Shown: positions 42,430-54,051 of the stretch, one piece after another
How the letters are laid out: each line of letters starts with the position of its first letter
Position numbering within the stretch: the stretch's first letter is position 1
Assembly: GCA_964016885.1 (NCBI GenBank)
Contig: OZ024741.1
Coordinates: forward strand, 118,358,001-118,422,000
Source: Eledone cirrhosa
Lineage: Eukaryota
DNA: 64,000 bases
Direction of reading: 5' to 3'
Translations under genes and position numbers: made by a program
The notes under the pieces: generated by a model
What the model was told of the DNA's origin: nothing
The model's input: the letters and a program-made list of their open reading frames with translations, nothing else
The model's database searches: none

Positions 42430-44012
42430 GTAGTGGTGGTTGTGTTGCTGTTGTAATTGTTGTTGTTGAAACAGATGTTTCTGCTGTTGTTGTCGTCGTT
42501 ATTATTTTTATAGTTTTTAACATTTATGTTGTTGTTGTTGTTACAGTTGTTCTTAAGATAGATGTTGTTTTTGATGTTGTTGTGAAGTTGTTGCTTCTGC
42601 TGTTAGTATTGTGAAGATGTTGTTGTTGATATTATAGTTGTTAAGATTAATGTTGCTGTTGTTGTTAAAGATGTTGCTGCTGTTGTTATTGCTATTGTGA
42701 AGATGCTGCTGCTGTTGTTGTTGTTGATATAGTTGTTGTGATGATAGATGTTATTGCTGTTGTTGTTGTTGTTGATGTTGTTGTTGTAGTTGTTGTGATG
42801 ATAGATGTTATTGTTGTTGTAGTTGTTGTGATGATAGATGTTATTGTTGTTGGTGTTGATTTAGTTGTTGTGATGATAGATGTTATTGTTGTTGGTGTTG
42901 TTGATGTAGTTGTTGTGATGATAGATGTTATTGTTGTTGTTGTTGTGATGATAGATGTTGTTTTTGTTGTTGTAGTTGTTGTGATGATAGATGTTGTTGG
43001 TGTTGTTGTTGTAGTTGTTGTGATGATAGATGTTGTTGGTGTTGTTGTGATGATAGATGTTGTTGGTGTTGGTGTTGTTGTTGTAGTTGTTGTGATGATA
43101 GATGTTATTGTTGTTGGTGTTGTGATGATAGATGTTATTGTTGTTGGTGTTGATGTAGTTGTGATGATAGATGTTATTGTTGTTGGTGTTGTGATGATAG
43201 ATGTTATTGTTGTTGGTGTTGTGATGATAGATGTTATTGTTGTTGGTGTTGTGATGATAGATGTTATTGTTGTTGGTGTTGATGTAGTTGTTGTGATGAT
43301 AGATGTTGTTGTTGTTGGTGTTGTTGTTGTAGTTGTTGTGATGATAGATGTTGTTGTTGTTGATGTAGTTGTTGTGATGATAGATGTTATTGTTGTTGGT
43401 GTTGTTGTAGTTGTTGTGATGATAGATGTTATTGTTGTTGTTGTTATGATAGATGTTATTGTTGTTGTTGGTGTTGATGTAGTTGTTGTGATGATAGATG
43501 TTGTTGTTGTTGTTGGTGTTGATGTAGTTGTTGTAATGATAGATGTTATTGCTGTTGTTGATGTAGTTGTGATGAGAGATGTTGTTGTTGTTGTGATGAG
43601 AGATGTTGTTGCTGTTGTTGGTGTTGTTGTTATTGTGAAGATGCTGCTGCTACTGTTGTTGATGTAGTTGTTGTGATGATTGTTGTTATTGCTGTTGTTG
43701 TTGATGTAGCTGTGATGATTGTTGTTATTGCTGTTGTTGTTGTTGATATAGTTGTGATGATTGTTGTTATTGCTGATGTTGTTGTTGATGTAGTTGTTGT
43801 TATTGTTGTTGTTATTGTGAAGATGTTGCTGCTACTGTTGTTGCTGCTACTGTTGTTGTTGATGTAGTTGTTGTTATTGTTGTTGTTATTGTGAAGATGT
43901 TGCTGCTACTGTTGTTGTTGATGTAGTTGTTGTGATGATAGATGTTGTTGTTGTTATTGTGAAGATGTTGCTGCTACTGTTGTTGTTGATGTAGTTGTTG
44001 TGATGATAGATG
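42430..44012. repeat. (GTT)n-based minisatellite with recurrent GTGATGATAGATGTT
   Basis: Variable-length units anchored on TGTGATGATAGATG. Confidence 0.93.
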
Positions 44013-44062
44013 TTTGTGTGTTATTGCATATGTTGTTTTTCCTTGACTGGTTTGTTTTACAG

Positions 44063-44142
44063 TGGAGATTTAGAAATCACAAAAGAATTTCTCATTGAAC
44101 TCGACAAATTAGTTCAACTAATTGAATCACCTATATTTGCTT
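44063..44142 (+). CDS. VAC14: VAC14 (PIKfyve/Fab1-Fig4 scaffold) coding exon, 80 bp
   Basis: tttgttttacAG | T GGA GAT TTA.. = GDLEITKEFLIELDKLVQLIESPIFA | GTAAGT; recognised VAC14 C-terminal Fig4-binding motif DKLVQLIESPIF. Confidence 0.95.
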
Positions 44143-44877
44143 GTAAGTATCTGTGGAGTTTTTCCTTTTTCTTTTTGTTTTGTTTTGTTTTGCTTTTTGG
44201 TTTTGGATTTAAGTAAAAAATAAAATAAAATAAAAAAAAAATAACTGAAAAACAAAAGCAAAACAAAGCATATTTGACTTGTTTTCGAAAGTTATTTGTG
44301 GATCGATTGTTTTCCTGGGTATAATGATGTAATGTAATGATGTACCATGACTGTGAGACTTGCTTAAGAAAAGACAGTAATTTAATATAATGGGGTAATC
44401 CAGTGTGGGGGTGGTGGTGGTGGTGGTGGTGGTGGTGGTGATTTTGAGGTACTTGTGTGGTTGTGGTGGTGTAGCAAGGACAGGGGGAGAATTTTACATA
44501 ACTCTTGGTTATGTGGTGTACTGGGGGTAAGGATGGATGTGGGTGATGTAGTGGTAGTATGGAAGATAGTAGGTGGAGTAGAAGCCATAGTGGTATGAAT
44601 AGTAGTGGGGGGGTATTAGAACTGATGGTGTGGATGGTAAGGTGTGGTGTGGTACGGATGGTAGCGTGTGGGGTAGTGGTAGTATAGATGACTGCAAAAT
44701 GGTAGTTGAAGCCAATGAGACACAGGCATGCAAGTAAGAAAAATTTTGTTTTTTCCTTCTAACTTATTCCTAACCCTTAAATAAGTTGAAAAAGACTAAT
44801 AAATAGTTTTCTGGTGTATTGATAATTTAAGCATTATATGGTTAAACTATTTTGCTCTACTTTCCTTCTAAATGCAG

Positions 44878-45034
44878 ATCTACGTCTTCAGATGCTTGAG
44901 GCCGAGAACAATCAATATTTAGTCAAAAGTCTGTATGGAATTTTGATGCTTCTACCTCAGTCAGAAGCTTTTCGAATCCTGCAAGCTCGTTTGCAGTGCA
45001 TCCCTAACTTTCATCTGACCCCAGTAAATAAAAG
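44878..45034 (+). CDS. VAC14: VAC14 coding exon, 157 bp
   Basis: aatgcAG | (Y)[51 protein letters not shown] | GTAAGT; phase joins the previous exon (T+AT = Tyr); motif LYGxLMLLPQSxAF..RL. Confidence 0.96.
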
Positions 45035-45189
45035 GTAAGTCATTCACATATATATGTTAAAAAGAACAACACAAGGTTTCATATGAGGTTTTTATTGATT
45101 AGGTTCAGTTATGAACGTTTCACAGATCGGTGGCTCAGGATCCATATTTGTGATATAGACTTGATTCCAACTCCAATCTACTGAATCTC

Positions 45190-45226
<37 letters not shown>

Positions 45227-45228
<2 letters not shown>

Positions 45229-45480
45229 CAAGGAAACAACAAACAGAAGTACAAAGAGTCTCATTAGTTTCACACTTTATATGGAAAAGGGGAAAGAAAG
45301 TTCGACATGTCGGGCTTTAGACCTTCTTCAGGATCACAAAGGATAGATACAGAAAATAAAAGGTGGTCCAAGTAAAGTAAAAAAAAAACGAAAATAAAGA
45401 GAGTAAACAAGACAAACCGTTAGGTAGTCTTGGTAACGATTTTGGAATGTGAAGTGAAGTGTGAGTGTAAGTGTTTGTTT
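45227..45480 (-). mobile_element. Possible Penelope-like terminal repeat remnant
   Basis: Minus strand CCTGAAGAAGGTCTAAAGCCCGACATGTCG resembles a degenerate hammerhead core (CTGANGA..GAAA) typical of PLE ends; abuts (TA)n. Confidence 0.35.
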
Positions 45481-45857
45481 AAATATGTGTGTATTTTCTT
45501 AAGTTATAAAACTAAGTATCATGAAAGGATAACTGATGATTAGAAACATTTGTTTGTGTTTTGTCCTGTTTTCTACATGATTTATTCTATATGATTCCTT
45601 TTGAAAATTGTAATTTATTTTGTACTAGCAGAGGTACTCAATAGTGCCTGGGTATTTAATGAAAGTAACAATATATTTTGGCACATATTACAAAATATTT
45701 TACTAATAGTCGTATTTTCACTCAAGAAGGAATTATTGCAGAATTTTCTTTGTTAGTGCAATACAAAGCATCTAGATAAAAGTATTAGTTTTGTCCAGTT
45801 GTATTTTTACAGTCAACATATATAATGCTTCACCCAGCAATGAATCATTACATATAC

Positions 45858-47067
45858 CAGGGGTTGGCAACCTTTTGGAGAGAGAGGGCCAAACAGTTAT
45901 GCAGTGTCATGGAGGAGGGCCATGTTATTAAATATGTAAATAAATTTTCTGGAGGTTTAAAGCAAAACAAGGAATTTAATATAATTTTATTTTAACAAGG
46001 CCCCTTATTTTACTGCAGGAATAACAAAGAAAAAAGAAAAAAAACTACAAACACATTCAACAAAATAAAAGCAAATTCCTTATTTTACTGCAGGAATAAC
46101 AGAAAAACAACTACTATCACAATCAACAAAAAAAAAAGAAGCAGATTTCTTGCTACAAACGAAATACAGTTAGAAATGGTAAATGATTTAATGAGACACT
46201 TGTTTCTGCTTATTGTGCGATAACTTCTCCACATCAGGTGAAATATTTGTCGATGACAGGAGCAAAACATCATCAGGTGGTCGTCACGCAACCTTGTTCT
46301 TAAATGACTTTTAGTATTTTATTTTGGAAAAAAGTTGTTCACAAGCATATGTACTTCCAAATAATGATATCATCAGTTTCGCATTAGTCAAGATGTTTTT
46401 ATATTTTCCGCTTGGCAATATATATTTCTTGTAGAAGTCAGCAGTGGATTCGAACTGAAATTTCAATTTCAAAGATTCGTCGCACTGTAAGTCAATTAAC
46501 TCCAACTGATATTCTTCTTAAAAGTTCAGCACTCCAAATCCACTTTTCTTTTCTTAGCTTCCATGGGCTTGTTTTTGTTCAAACAAAAAAGATTTATGGT
46601 AAGGTCAAGCAAACGAAGGCGACAATAATTTACGAGTGATTTTATTGAATGACAATATGGGTATAAAAGCGAGTCATGCTAACCGTAAGGTAGTATACAT
46701 TCCAGTCGCTGACGAAAATGCATACTTCCAGCCAACATTTGTGTTTGTTGACTGGAACAAAAACACATACATGAAATCACAGGAAATAATAATACAGGTG
46801 ATATAAGGCTTGGCGGAAGGCCCAGAAAAAGATGGATAAGAGGAAATAATAATAAATGGAAAATATAATAAAGTTACAAAGGTATCTGTAAATATATACG
46901 GTATGAGCAGCGATTTGTGATGGGCATCAGGTCAGCACAACCTTGAAGTGAACTGTATCTGTATTCGATACTAATTAGATAATTAGTATCCAGTGTAAGA
47001 TGGCAGGCCGGACAAAATTCACTCGAGGGCCGGATGTGGCCCGCGGGCCGGGGGTTGCTGACCCCTG
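45858..47067 (-). mobile_element. Internally deleted hAT (Charlie/Buster/SPIN-type) DNA transposon
   Basis: TIRs CAGGGGTTGGCAACC / GGTTGCTGACCCCTG; exact 8-bp TSD ACATATAC (45850-45857, 47068-47075); transposase remnant inside. Confidence 0.95.
46230..46520 (-). pseudogene. hAT transposase C-terminal dimerisation-domain remnant
   Basis: ELIDLQCD..LK.KF..FY...KY......MISLFGSTYACEQLFSKIKY*..RTRLRDDHL. Confidence 0.88.
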
Positions 47068-47936
47068 ACATATACTGTCAATGAAAAGAGCAGGACCAAA
47101 AAATGAATTTGGAATTTCAGTATTTATCCTTTTTTTTTACACAATCAGAACCTAAAAAAAAAAAAAAATGAAGAAACAAATGGAAAATCCTGTAAACTCT
47201 TGAAAACCATAAATAAAATAAGAGTTGGCTCATGAATGAACTATTACACTCCCATTCCCACTTTAATAGTACGTTCAGTCATTCTGCATCTCTTTCACTA
47301 TTTCTCAATTTTATCTTACACATCTCTCTCTTATACCATTTCTTTTTACCATTACTTGCTGAGTAATGAAGTGAATATATGTATTACTAATTACTGTGTT
47401 GTTTATCTGTAAGTGCTGTGTTGTGATGTCTTGTTGATAAACAAGTGTAAGCAGGTAAAAGCACTCTACATCAGTCGTATTTATCCAGCATAAAGGTGGC
47501 AATCAAATGCAATGGATTTTCCATGTATGAAATGAACATTAAGATAGATGTTAATTAATTGTATTTATTGGATTATACATATTTCAATGACACCAGTGTG
47601 GAGCTGTTATGCAATTCTTACAACAGCAACCAGCACTGGTGTGACATCATCAGATGTTAACACAATTGTGTGAGTGAGTTGATATGTTACAGACAAACAC
47701 TTCCATGTATAGTGTGTATATATACATATGTAGTTTTGTGGCTGTTGGTTCTCTAATTCTTGAGTCTAGCCTGGACACATACACTGACAACTTTCCTTTT
47801 TATTACAGATGAACTAATATCATTTTGTTATGTTCTGTAAATTTTTGTATGTATATAAAAAAAATTAGGTGCATTTTCAATCCATTGTTATTTTTACTAT
47901 ATATATATATAAATTATATATAAATATATATATATA

Positions 47937-48037
47937 CAGACTATCCCCCCAAAATGTATACACACTTTGATTACCTATACTCACAATATTTATTAGAATG
48001 ATGTTGAAGTGTGTATACATTTTTGGGACACACAATG
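47937..48037. mobile_element. Tc1/mariner-type MITE, about 100 bp
   Basis: TA|CAGACTATCCCCCCAAAATGTATACACACTT ... AAGTGTGTATACATTTTTGGGACAC; a related half-TIR lies at 48511. Confidence 0.7.
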
Positions 48038-48045
48038 TGTATATA

Positions 48046-48087
<42 letters not shown>

Positions 48088-48397
48088 TGTGTTCAGTTCA
48101 CCTGGAGCAAATCGTGAATAGTAGTGATGGTAGTATTAGGGATGGTTGTAGTGGTGGTGGTGGTGGTAGTAGCTGCAGTAATAGAGGTAGCAATTGTATT
48201 AGTAGTAGTAACTATAATAGTAACATCAGTAGTGTTAGTAGTAGTGATACTGTACCAGTACACTGGTACTTTTAATACCATGGAGAATATGTTTGGTGTT
48301 TGTTCACTTTATTTTTAATTCACTCTTAACAATGGGAGACCAAGATGTCAGATGTATATATAGTCACACTGAGATGAAGATTTTAAAAACACATTGT

Positions 48398-48400
48398 ATG

Positions 48401-48485
<85 letters not shown>

Positions 48486-48510
48486 CTATATATATATATA
48501 TATATATATA
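48398..48510. repeat. (TA)n(CA)n(TA)n microsatellite
   Basis: Read directly. Confidence 0.95.
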
Positions 48511-49523
48511 CAGGGCGCCCCCTAAAAATGTATACATACTTCAACAACATTCTAATAGATATTGCCTGTTAGGTAATCAAAGTGTCATCATCATCACTAG
48601 CATGGAAGATATAGACGTTAAACAATGATGATGATTATATATATAATGTGTGTATATATATGTGCATGTGTGTGTATATATATGTGCATGTGTGTGCGTA
48701 TATGAATGTGTGTGTGCCTTCCTGTGTGCAAGATATATTTGAAACAAATGGCGAAACTGTTTACCTAGGAGCTCTCCATAGAGATCAAATTCTGTTTTTC
48801 TGGCAATGACTTGATTCCAAGTCTGCCAGAATTAACGGCTTCGACTTGTAACGTAAACCTTTTTTTAGCGTATTTCTGATGAAATACACAGTATTCGAAT
48901 TAATATTTGAAGAATCTGGAGGAATTTACACAATTTAATAATTTCATCAAAATGATATTTGTAACAACTTAACATTCTAGCTGCTCTACAGCTTCCTTGC
49001 TTTCCATTTTTCCTTTATCTTTTCTTTGCTTATTTTGCCTACTATTGGCCTTCCTATTAATCTTATTTTACTTTGTTTATTTTTTATTTTAATTTTATAT
49101 TCACTTATCTCTGTCTATCTTTTTTTTTTTTTTTCCTTTCTCGACTGTAAGAAGCACTACACACTTCCCTGAGTCTGTCATGGCTTACTAGCTCTATATG
49201 GATGTCTAAATTGATTAAATAAATTAATTAATAAATAAAAAACAGGTAAAAATAGACGTTGGAAGGTTTTAACTTAAACAGGAAGCTTTTAAAATGAGAC
49301 ATTTTATTTCACATAGAACCAAAAGTGGTTTTGGGCAGGTTGGTATCAAAAGTGTTAATAATCCAAATATGTGGGTTCATGTCCCATGTATGTCAATACT
49401 CATCCTTTTTTCCATTTAGAGGGGTTTTTTAAAATCCCAAGTAACAGACTAATTCTATTTAGTTAAATATGGTGTAAGCACATGTTACTTCCTAATTTAT
49501 ATATATATATATATATATATATA

Positions 49524-50881
49524 TCATAGCTGAATCTATGGCTGAACTAGAGAAGAAATTGCAAACATTGAAGCATCGATTAGAATCAAAAGGCCTTAAA
49601 GTTAAGACTAAAGCTAAGACTAAAGTTCTAGTTTGTAGGAAGGAAAATAGGGCACAGGTGCCCTCTGGGAAATGGCCATGCTCAGTGTGTAGGATAGAAG
49701 TAGGTAGAAATTCCATTTTATGTTCCAAATGCAAACTATGGGTACATAAAAGATGTAGTGGGATCACAGGTAAACTATCTAAGAATGTAGATTTTATATG
49801 TGGCCGATGCTCAGGTGCAATAAGTAGCAAGTGCCCACAGGATACTAGCTCCTTCTATTGCCCAGATGGTTCTATAGAAATAGTGGACACTTTCCGTTAC
49901 CTGGGTGACAAAATCAGCAGTGGTAGAGGGTGCTCTGAAAGTATAGTAGCCAGAGTCAGAACGGGATGGAAAAAGTTCAGAGAGCTTATACCACTGTTGG
50001 CCACAAAAGGTTTCTCTCTAAAAATGAAAGGCAGATTGTATGATGCCTGTATACGAACAGCAATGCTACATGGCAGTGAGACATGGGCATTGTATGCAGA
50101 GGATCTGCACAGACTGGAAAGGAACGAAACATGCATGCTCCGTTGGATGTGTAATAGTAATATATGTGAACGGCAAAGCATAAATGAACTAAGTGAGAAA
50201 TTAGGAATAAGAGGGATCAGATGCTGTTTACTTGAGAGAAGACTACGTTGGTATGGTCACGTGATGCGCATGAAAGACGACAGCTGTATAAAAAAGTGCA
50301 GAGCGATCAAAATTGATGGAAGTTACGGAGTAGGTAGACCCAGAAAAACCTGGGATGATTTGATAAATTCCAACCTTACACACTTGTACCTCTCTAAGAC
50401 AATGTTACTGGACCGAGATCTTTGGCGCTACGCAGTAATACAGAAGACCCGCCTTGCCTATGTACAAAGCGAAACCTACAGTCGGTAGGCACCTTTTAAC
50501 CAAATATACACCCCAATCCACTATCCTTACTCTATCTTCCCACTCCCACCAACACCACCCTCTCTCTGTAAAGTTGGTACCACAACATTCAGTCCAAATA
50601 AATGAGATAATGAGATCGACATCGTGTAGGTGTCACAACAAAAAAACACAGTCCACGCTGTAATGTGGTTGTGTAGGTAACACAGTAAAAAGTTCCCAGT
50701 TCCACAGTGTAAATGTGGTTGGTATTATGAAGGGCATCCAGCCGTAGAAAACCTGCCAGATAGTCTTATATGAGCGAGACACTGTCACCCGACCAACCTT
50801 GCCTCAAGTGGGACAACTCCCGTCTAACTCATGCTAGCATGGAAGATGAACGTTAAACGAAGATGATGATGATGATGATGA
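49524..50881 (+). mobile_element. RTE-A-related older subfamily copy, 5'-truncated
   Basis: ORF 49538-50488 with PHD finger and C-terminus; A-like 3'UTR; (GAT)n tail; starts right after (TA)n. Confidence 0.94.
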
Positions 50882-51203
50882 TATATTTATAAACATATTA
50901 AACTTATGCCAAAATCTCAATTTGGGAGGATATAATAGTTTCCCAGCCATGGTTTCTAGAATCCAGATAATTTATCTGTATATTTTATCCTTTCATTGAG
51001 ATGTGTAAGTATTAGAGATAAATAACTTTTTATTGCTACACCCTCCCACATATATATTATACATATATATTATACATATATTATACATATATACATATAT
51101 ATATATATATACATAAGAATAAGATTAAGATCCGTCCCACCCTTGCAAGCAGGGAAGAGCAGACATAAAATGATGATGATGATGAAATGAAATGATATGT
51201 ATA

Positions 51204-51557
51204 TCATCATCATTTTACGTCCGCTCTTCCCTGCTTGCAAGGGTGGGACAGGAACTGATTCTGGCTTGATTTCTACAGCTGGATGCCCTTCCTAACACCA
51301 ACCTCATTTACAGTGAGTGCTGGGTGCTTTTTTTTTCTGTGGCACCTACACGACCACTTTACAGTGTGGGCTGGGTGCTTCTTTTGCTGTGGCACCTCCA
51401 CGACGACTTTGCAGTGGAATGATATGGACCCCAGTCCCTATCATCTCATTTCTACAGCTGAGTGAACTGGAGCAATGTGAAATAAAGTGTCTTGCTCAAG
51501 GAAACAACACATCATCCAGTCTGAGAATTGAACTCACAACCTTTTGATTGCAAGGCC

Positions 51558-51558
<1 letters not shown>
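51204..51558 (-). mobile_element. Chimeric CORE-type tRNA SINE carrying an RTE-B-like 3'UTR and tail
   Basis: Minus strand: B-box GAGTTCAATTC, CORE-like TCCTTGAGCAAGACACTT, then B 3'UTR repeats, AGGAAGGGCATCC box, CCCTTGCAAGCAGGG hairpin, GAT tail. Confidence 0.7.
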
Positions 51559-51588
<30 letters not shown>

Positions 51589-51592
<4 letters not shown>

Positions 51593-51780
51593 GTTTCTAC
51601 TTTTAACACAAGGCCAGCAATTATCCCAGTGTATTACTGGTACTTTATTTTATTGACCCCCATAAGGATGAAAGGCAAAGTTAACCTCGGCGGGATTTGA
51701 ACTCAGACCATAAAGGGCCATAACTCTTTGCTGCAAAGCATGGTGTCTGACCCTCTACCAATACTGCCAATCCACCGCCC
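51589..51780 (-). mobile_element. tRNA-derived SINE (same family as 15778)
   Basis: Reverse-complement match over its full length. Confidence 0.9.
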
Positions 51781-52397
51781 TATTATATATACATATATAT
51801 GTAATGAACGATTATCTTGTCTCTCATAATCATAGAGCAACACTGGTTCAGGTCGACAACACACAATCTCACATACTTGTGAAAAAATGTGTATATATAT
51901 GCATGAGTATGTATGTATGCACATATATGTGTGTACCTCTCATTATTGTCTCAAACTCCCTCACGGTAGAGTAACCATGGAAGTATAGTAACTGCTTTCA
52001 AGCAAACACTATAAACACTTTCAGTCAACCTTACCACCCCTCTCAAGCCTCTGTATCATATCAATATCCCCCTCCGCCTTCTGAGATATTTTTCACTGCT
52101 ACAAGGGATTTAGTCCCCTTTCTTGACCGGTGTATCATGTGATAGTATCTCCCGCCTTTTTGAGATTTTCTCGCATGCTACAGACGTGTCTAGAAGCGCT
52201 CTTTCCCTGAGGTGTTCCCTTGAAAAGCTAGCTTACCTCATATAGGTATATATTTGTGTCTACTATTTCTACTTACTTTATAATATGTTACATATATATA
52301 TATCAACAGTCAATCGACTTTGGTCAAATTGGACTGAGGAAACATTGTTTCCGTTGGTCTTTCCAATTGCTAATACTCTCTGTCGGTTGCAATTCCA

Positions 52398-52514
52398 GGT
52401 AGGAGCAATGTGAAATAAAGTGTCTTGCTCAAGGAGATAATGCATCGCCCAGTCCAGTCCACTCACAACCTCACAATTGTGAATCCAATTCTCTTACCAC
52501 TCAGCCACGTGCCT
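52398..52514 (-). mobile_element. CORE-type tRNA SINE 5' part
   Basis: Minus strand GGCACGTGGCTGAGTGGTAAG (A box) and CCTTGAGCAAGACACTTTATTTCACATTGCTCC. Confidence 0.75.
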
Positions 52515-52539
52515 TTATATATATATATATATATATATA

Positions 52540-52882
52540 ATCATTTTATGTCCGCTTTTCCCTGCTTGCAAGGGTGGGACGGGCCCTATTCAGCATCTCT
52601 CCATTCATCATCGTCTTTCGTTATCTCCTCCATGAGCTTCAGCGATCTGAGGTCAGCTCTCACCACCTCCGCTCATGATTTTCATGGTCTTCCTCTACTG
52701 CGTCTTCCTTCTACTGACATTTCTTGGCACTTCTTTACCCAGCAGTCATCCTCTATGCGCTTCATGTGTCCATACCAACGCAGTCGTCTCTCCCGCACAC
52801 TACAGCTTATCACTATGGCCTTGGAGCACCCTCCTCTCTTGCTAATCTGATCACTTAGGTATCGGAAGCTATCAACCACCTC
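52540..52882 (-). mobile_element. Third RTE family (C) 3' fragment with internal deletion and very short 3'UTR
   Basis: VDSFRYLSDQIS..//..[28 protein letters not shown]; tail CCCACCCTTGCAAGCAGGG..GACATAAAATGA. Confidence 0.82.
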
Positions 52883-52999
52883 TCTCTGTATATATATATA
52901 TGTTATGTGATGTGATGTATTTGTAAATTATGTGAAGATAAAGTGTAATTATATTTTGATACTTAACCTGTTCATTAGCATAATATTTGTAATATATCA

Positions 53000-53180
53000 T
53001 CATCATTTTACATATTTGCTGGCATGGGTTGGGCAGGTTGTTGCATTCTGTGACTAAACAGATTGACTGACCCTATCCTGCTCATGAGTTCTATTTTGGC
53101 ATTGTTTCTATGGCTGGATACCCTTCCTAATGCCAACTCTTTTACAGAATGTACTGGATATATTTTATTATGGCAGCAGC
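53000..53180 (-). mobile_element. Old RTE-tail / SINE fragment
   Basis: CATCATCATTTTA..GGCATGGGTT..GGATACCCTTCCTAATGCCAAC. Confidence 0.7.
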
Positions 53181-53224
53181 AATACTCTTTAGACCTGACT
53201 AGGTGCTAAATCTCTTCTCAGTAC

Positions 53225-53670
53225 ACTGGCCTCATCCCTGAGCTATGTGGTTGTTATATTGATGACTATCAACACCACCTCACTCACCTGAGAACAGCTC
53301 GACTCCTCTCTTTCCTCTGTTCTTTCCACCCCATACTCGACTCCACCACATCCGGTCACTTCCAGGATATCCCCATCTCCATCGACCCCCTCCCATCTTT
53401 CTATCATTGCCTTTTCCTTCTTCAAACCAACTAACTGCCACTCCTACATTGATTTCATCTCATCTCACTCTAGCCACACAAAACACTCCATCCCCTTCTC
53501 TCAATCTTTCTGCCTCTAATGCAGTTAAATTCATGACTTTGAGGCTGAAGCCCATTTCATGACTAGGCTCGTCACTCAGTGAGTTTATCCCACTTCTTGC
53601 TCCAGGATGCTCTCACTCACACCCGTGGTGTTGACTACACCACTGCCCTCACCCCACAACCTGAGATAGC
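53225..53670 (+). pseudogene. Degenerate Penelope-like element reverse transcriptase fragment
   Basis: YIDD (TATATTGATGAC near 53255) followed by FKPTNCHSYIDFISSHSSHTKHSIPFSQ, the PLE KPT..H.Y....S.H..H.K.SIP.SQ signature. Confidence 0.8.
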
Positions 53671-53715
53671 ACCTATGTTCCATGTATGAACATAAATAAA
53701 TCATATATATCTATA

Positions 53716-53752
<37 letters not shown>

Positions 53753-54051
53753 TCACACAATATTAAACAATGAAAATAAGTAAAACAAAATGGTGTAATC
53801 ATTAATCTATTGTTTTATGATAGTTCCAGAGTGCAAAACTCCATATTATCAGCTCTTTTTTTTAGAAATATATGTGTAACACACACATATATATTATCAT
53901 TAATATTAATTTCTCAACACAGTTACTTGCTACCTAAGGTTTCAAAGCTTACTGTAGCATAGGTCTTGGAGATACTGTTCATGCTAGTTGTTACTTATTG
54001 TGTTATATATATATATATGTAAGAATATTTATAGGTCACACTATAATATTT

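Noticed and set aside
42738-43667. 309-aa Val/Asp/Met-rich ORF
   Set aside because: Translation of the GTT minisatellite.
47790-47840. Candidate next VAC14 exon after TTTTATTACAG
   Set aside because: In the required phase it reads Arg then stop, with no similarity to the VAC14 C-terminus; the neighbouring exons probably lie outside the window.
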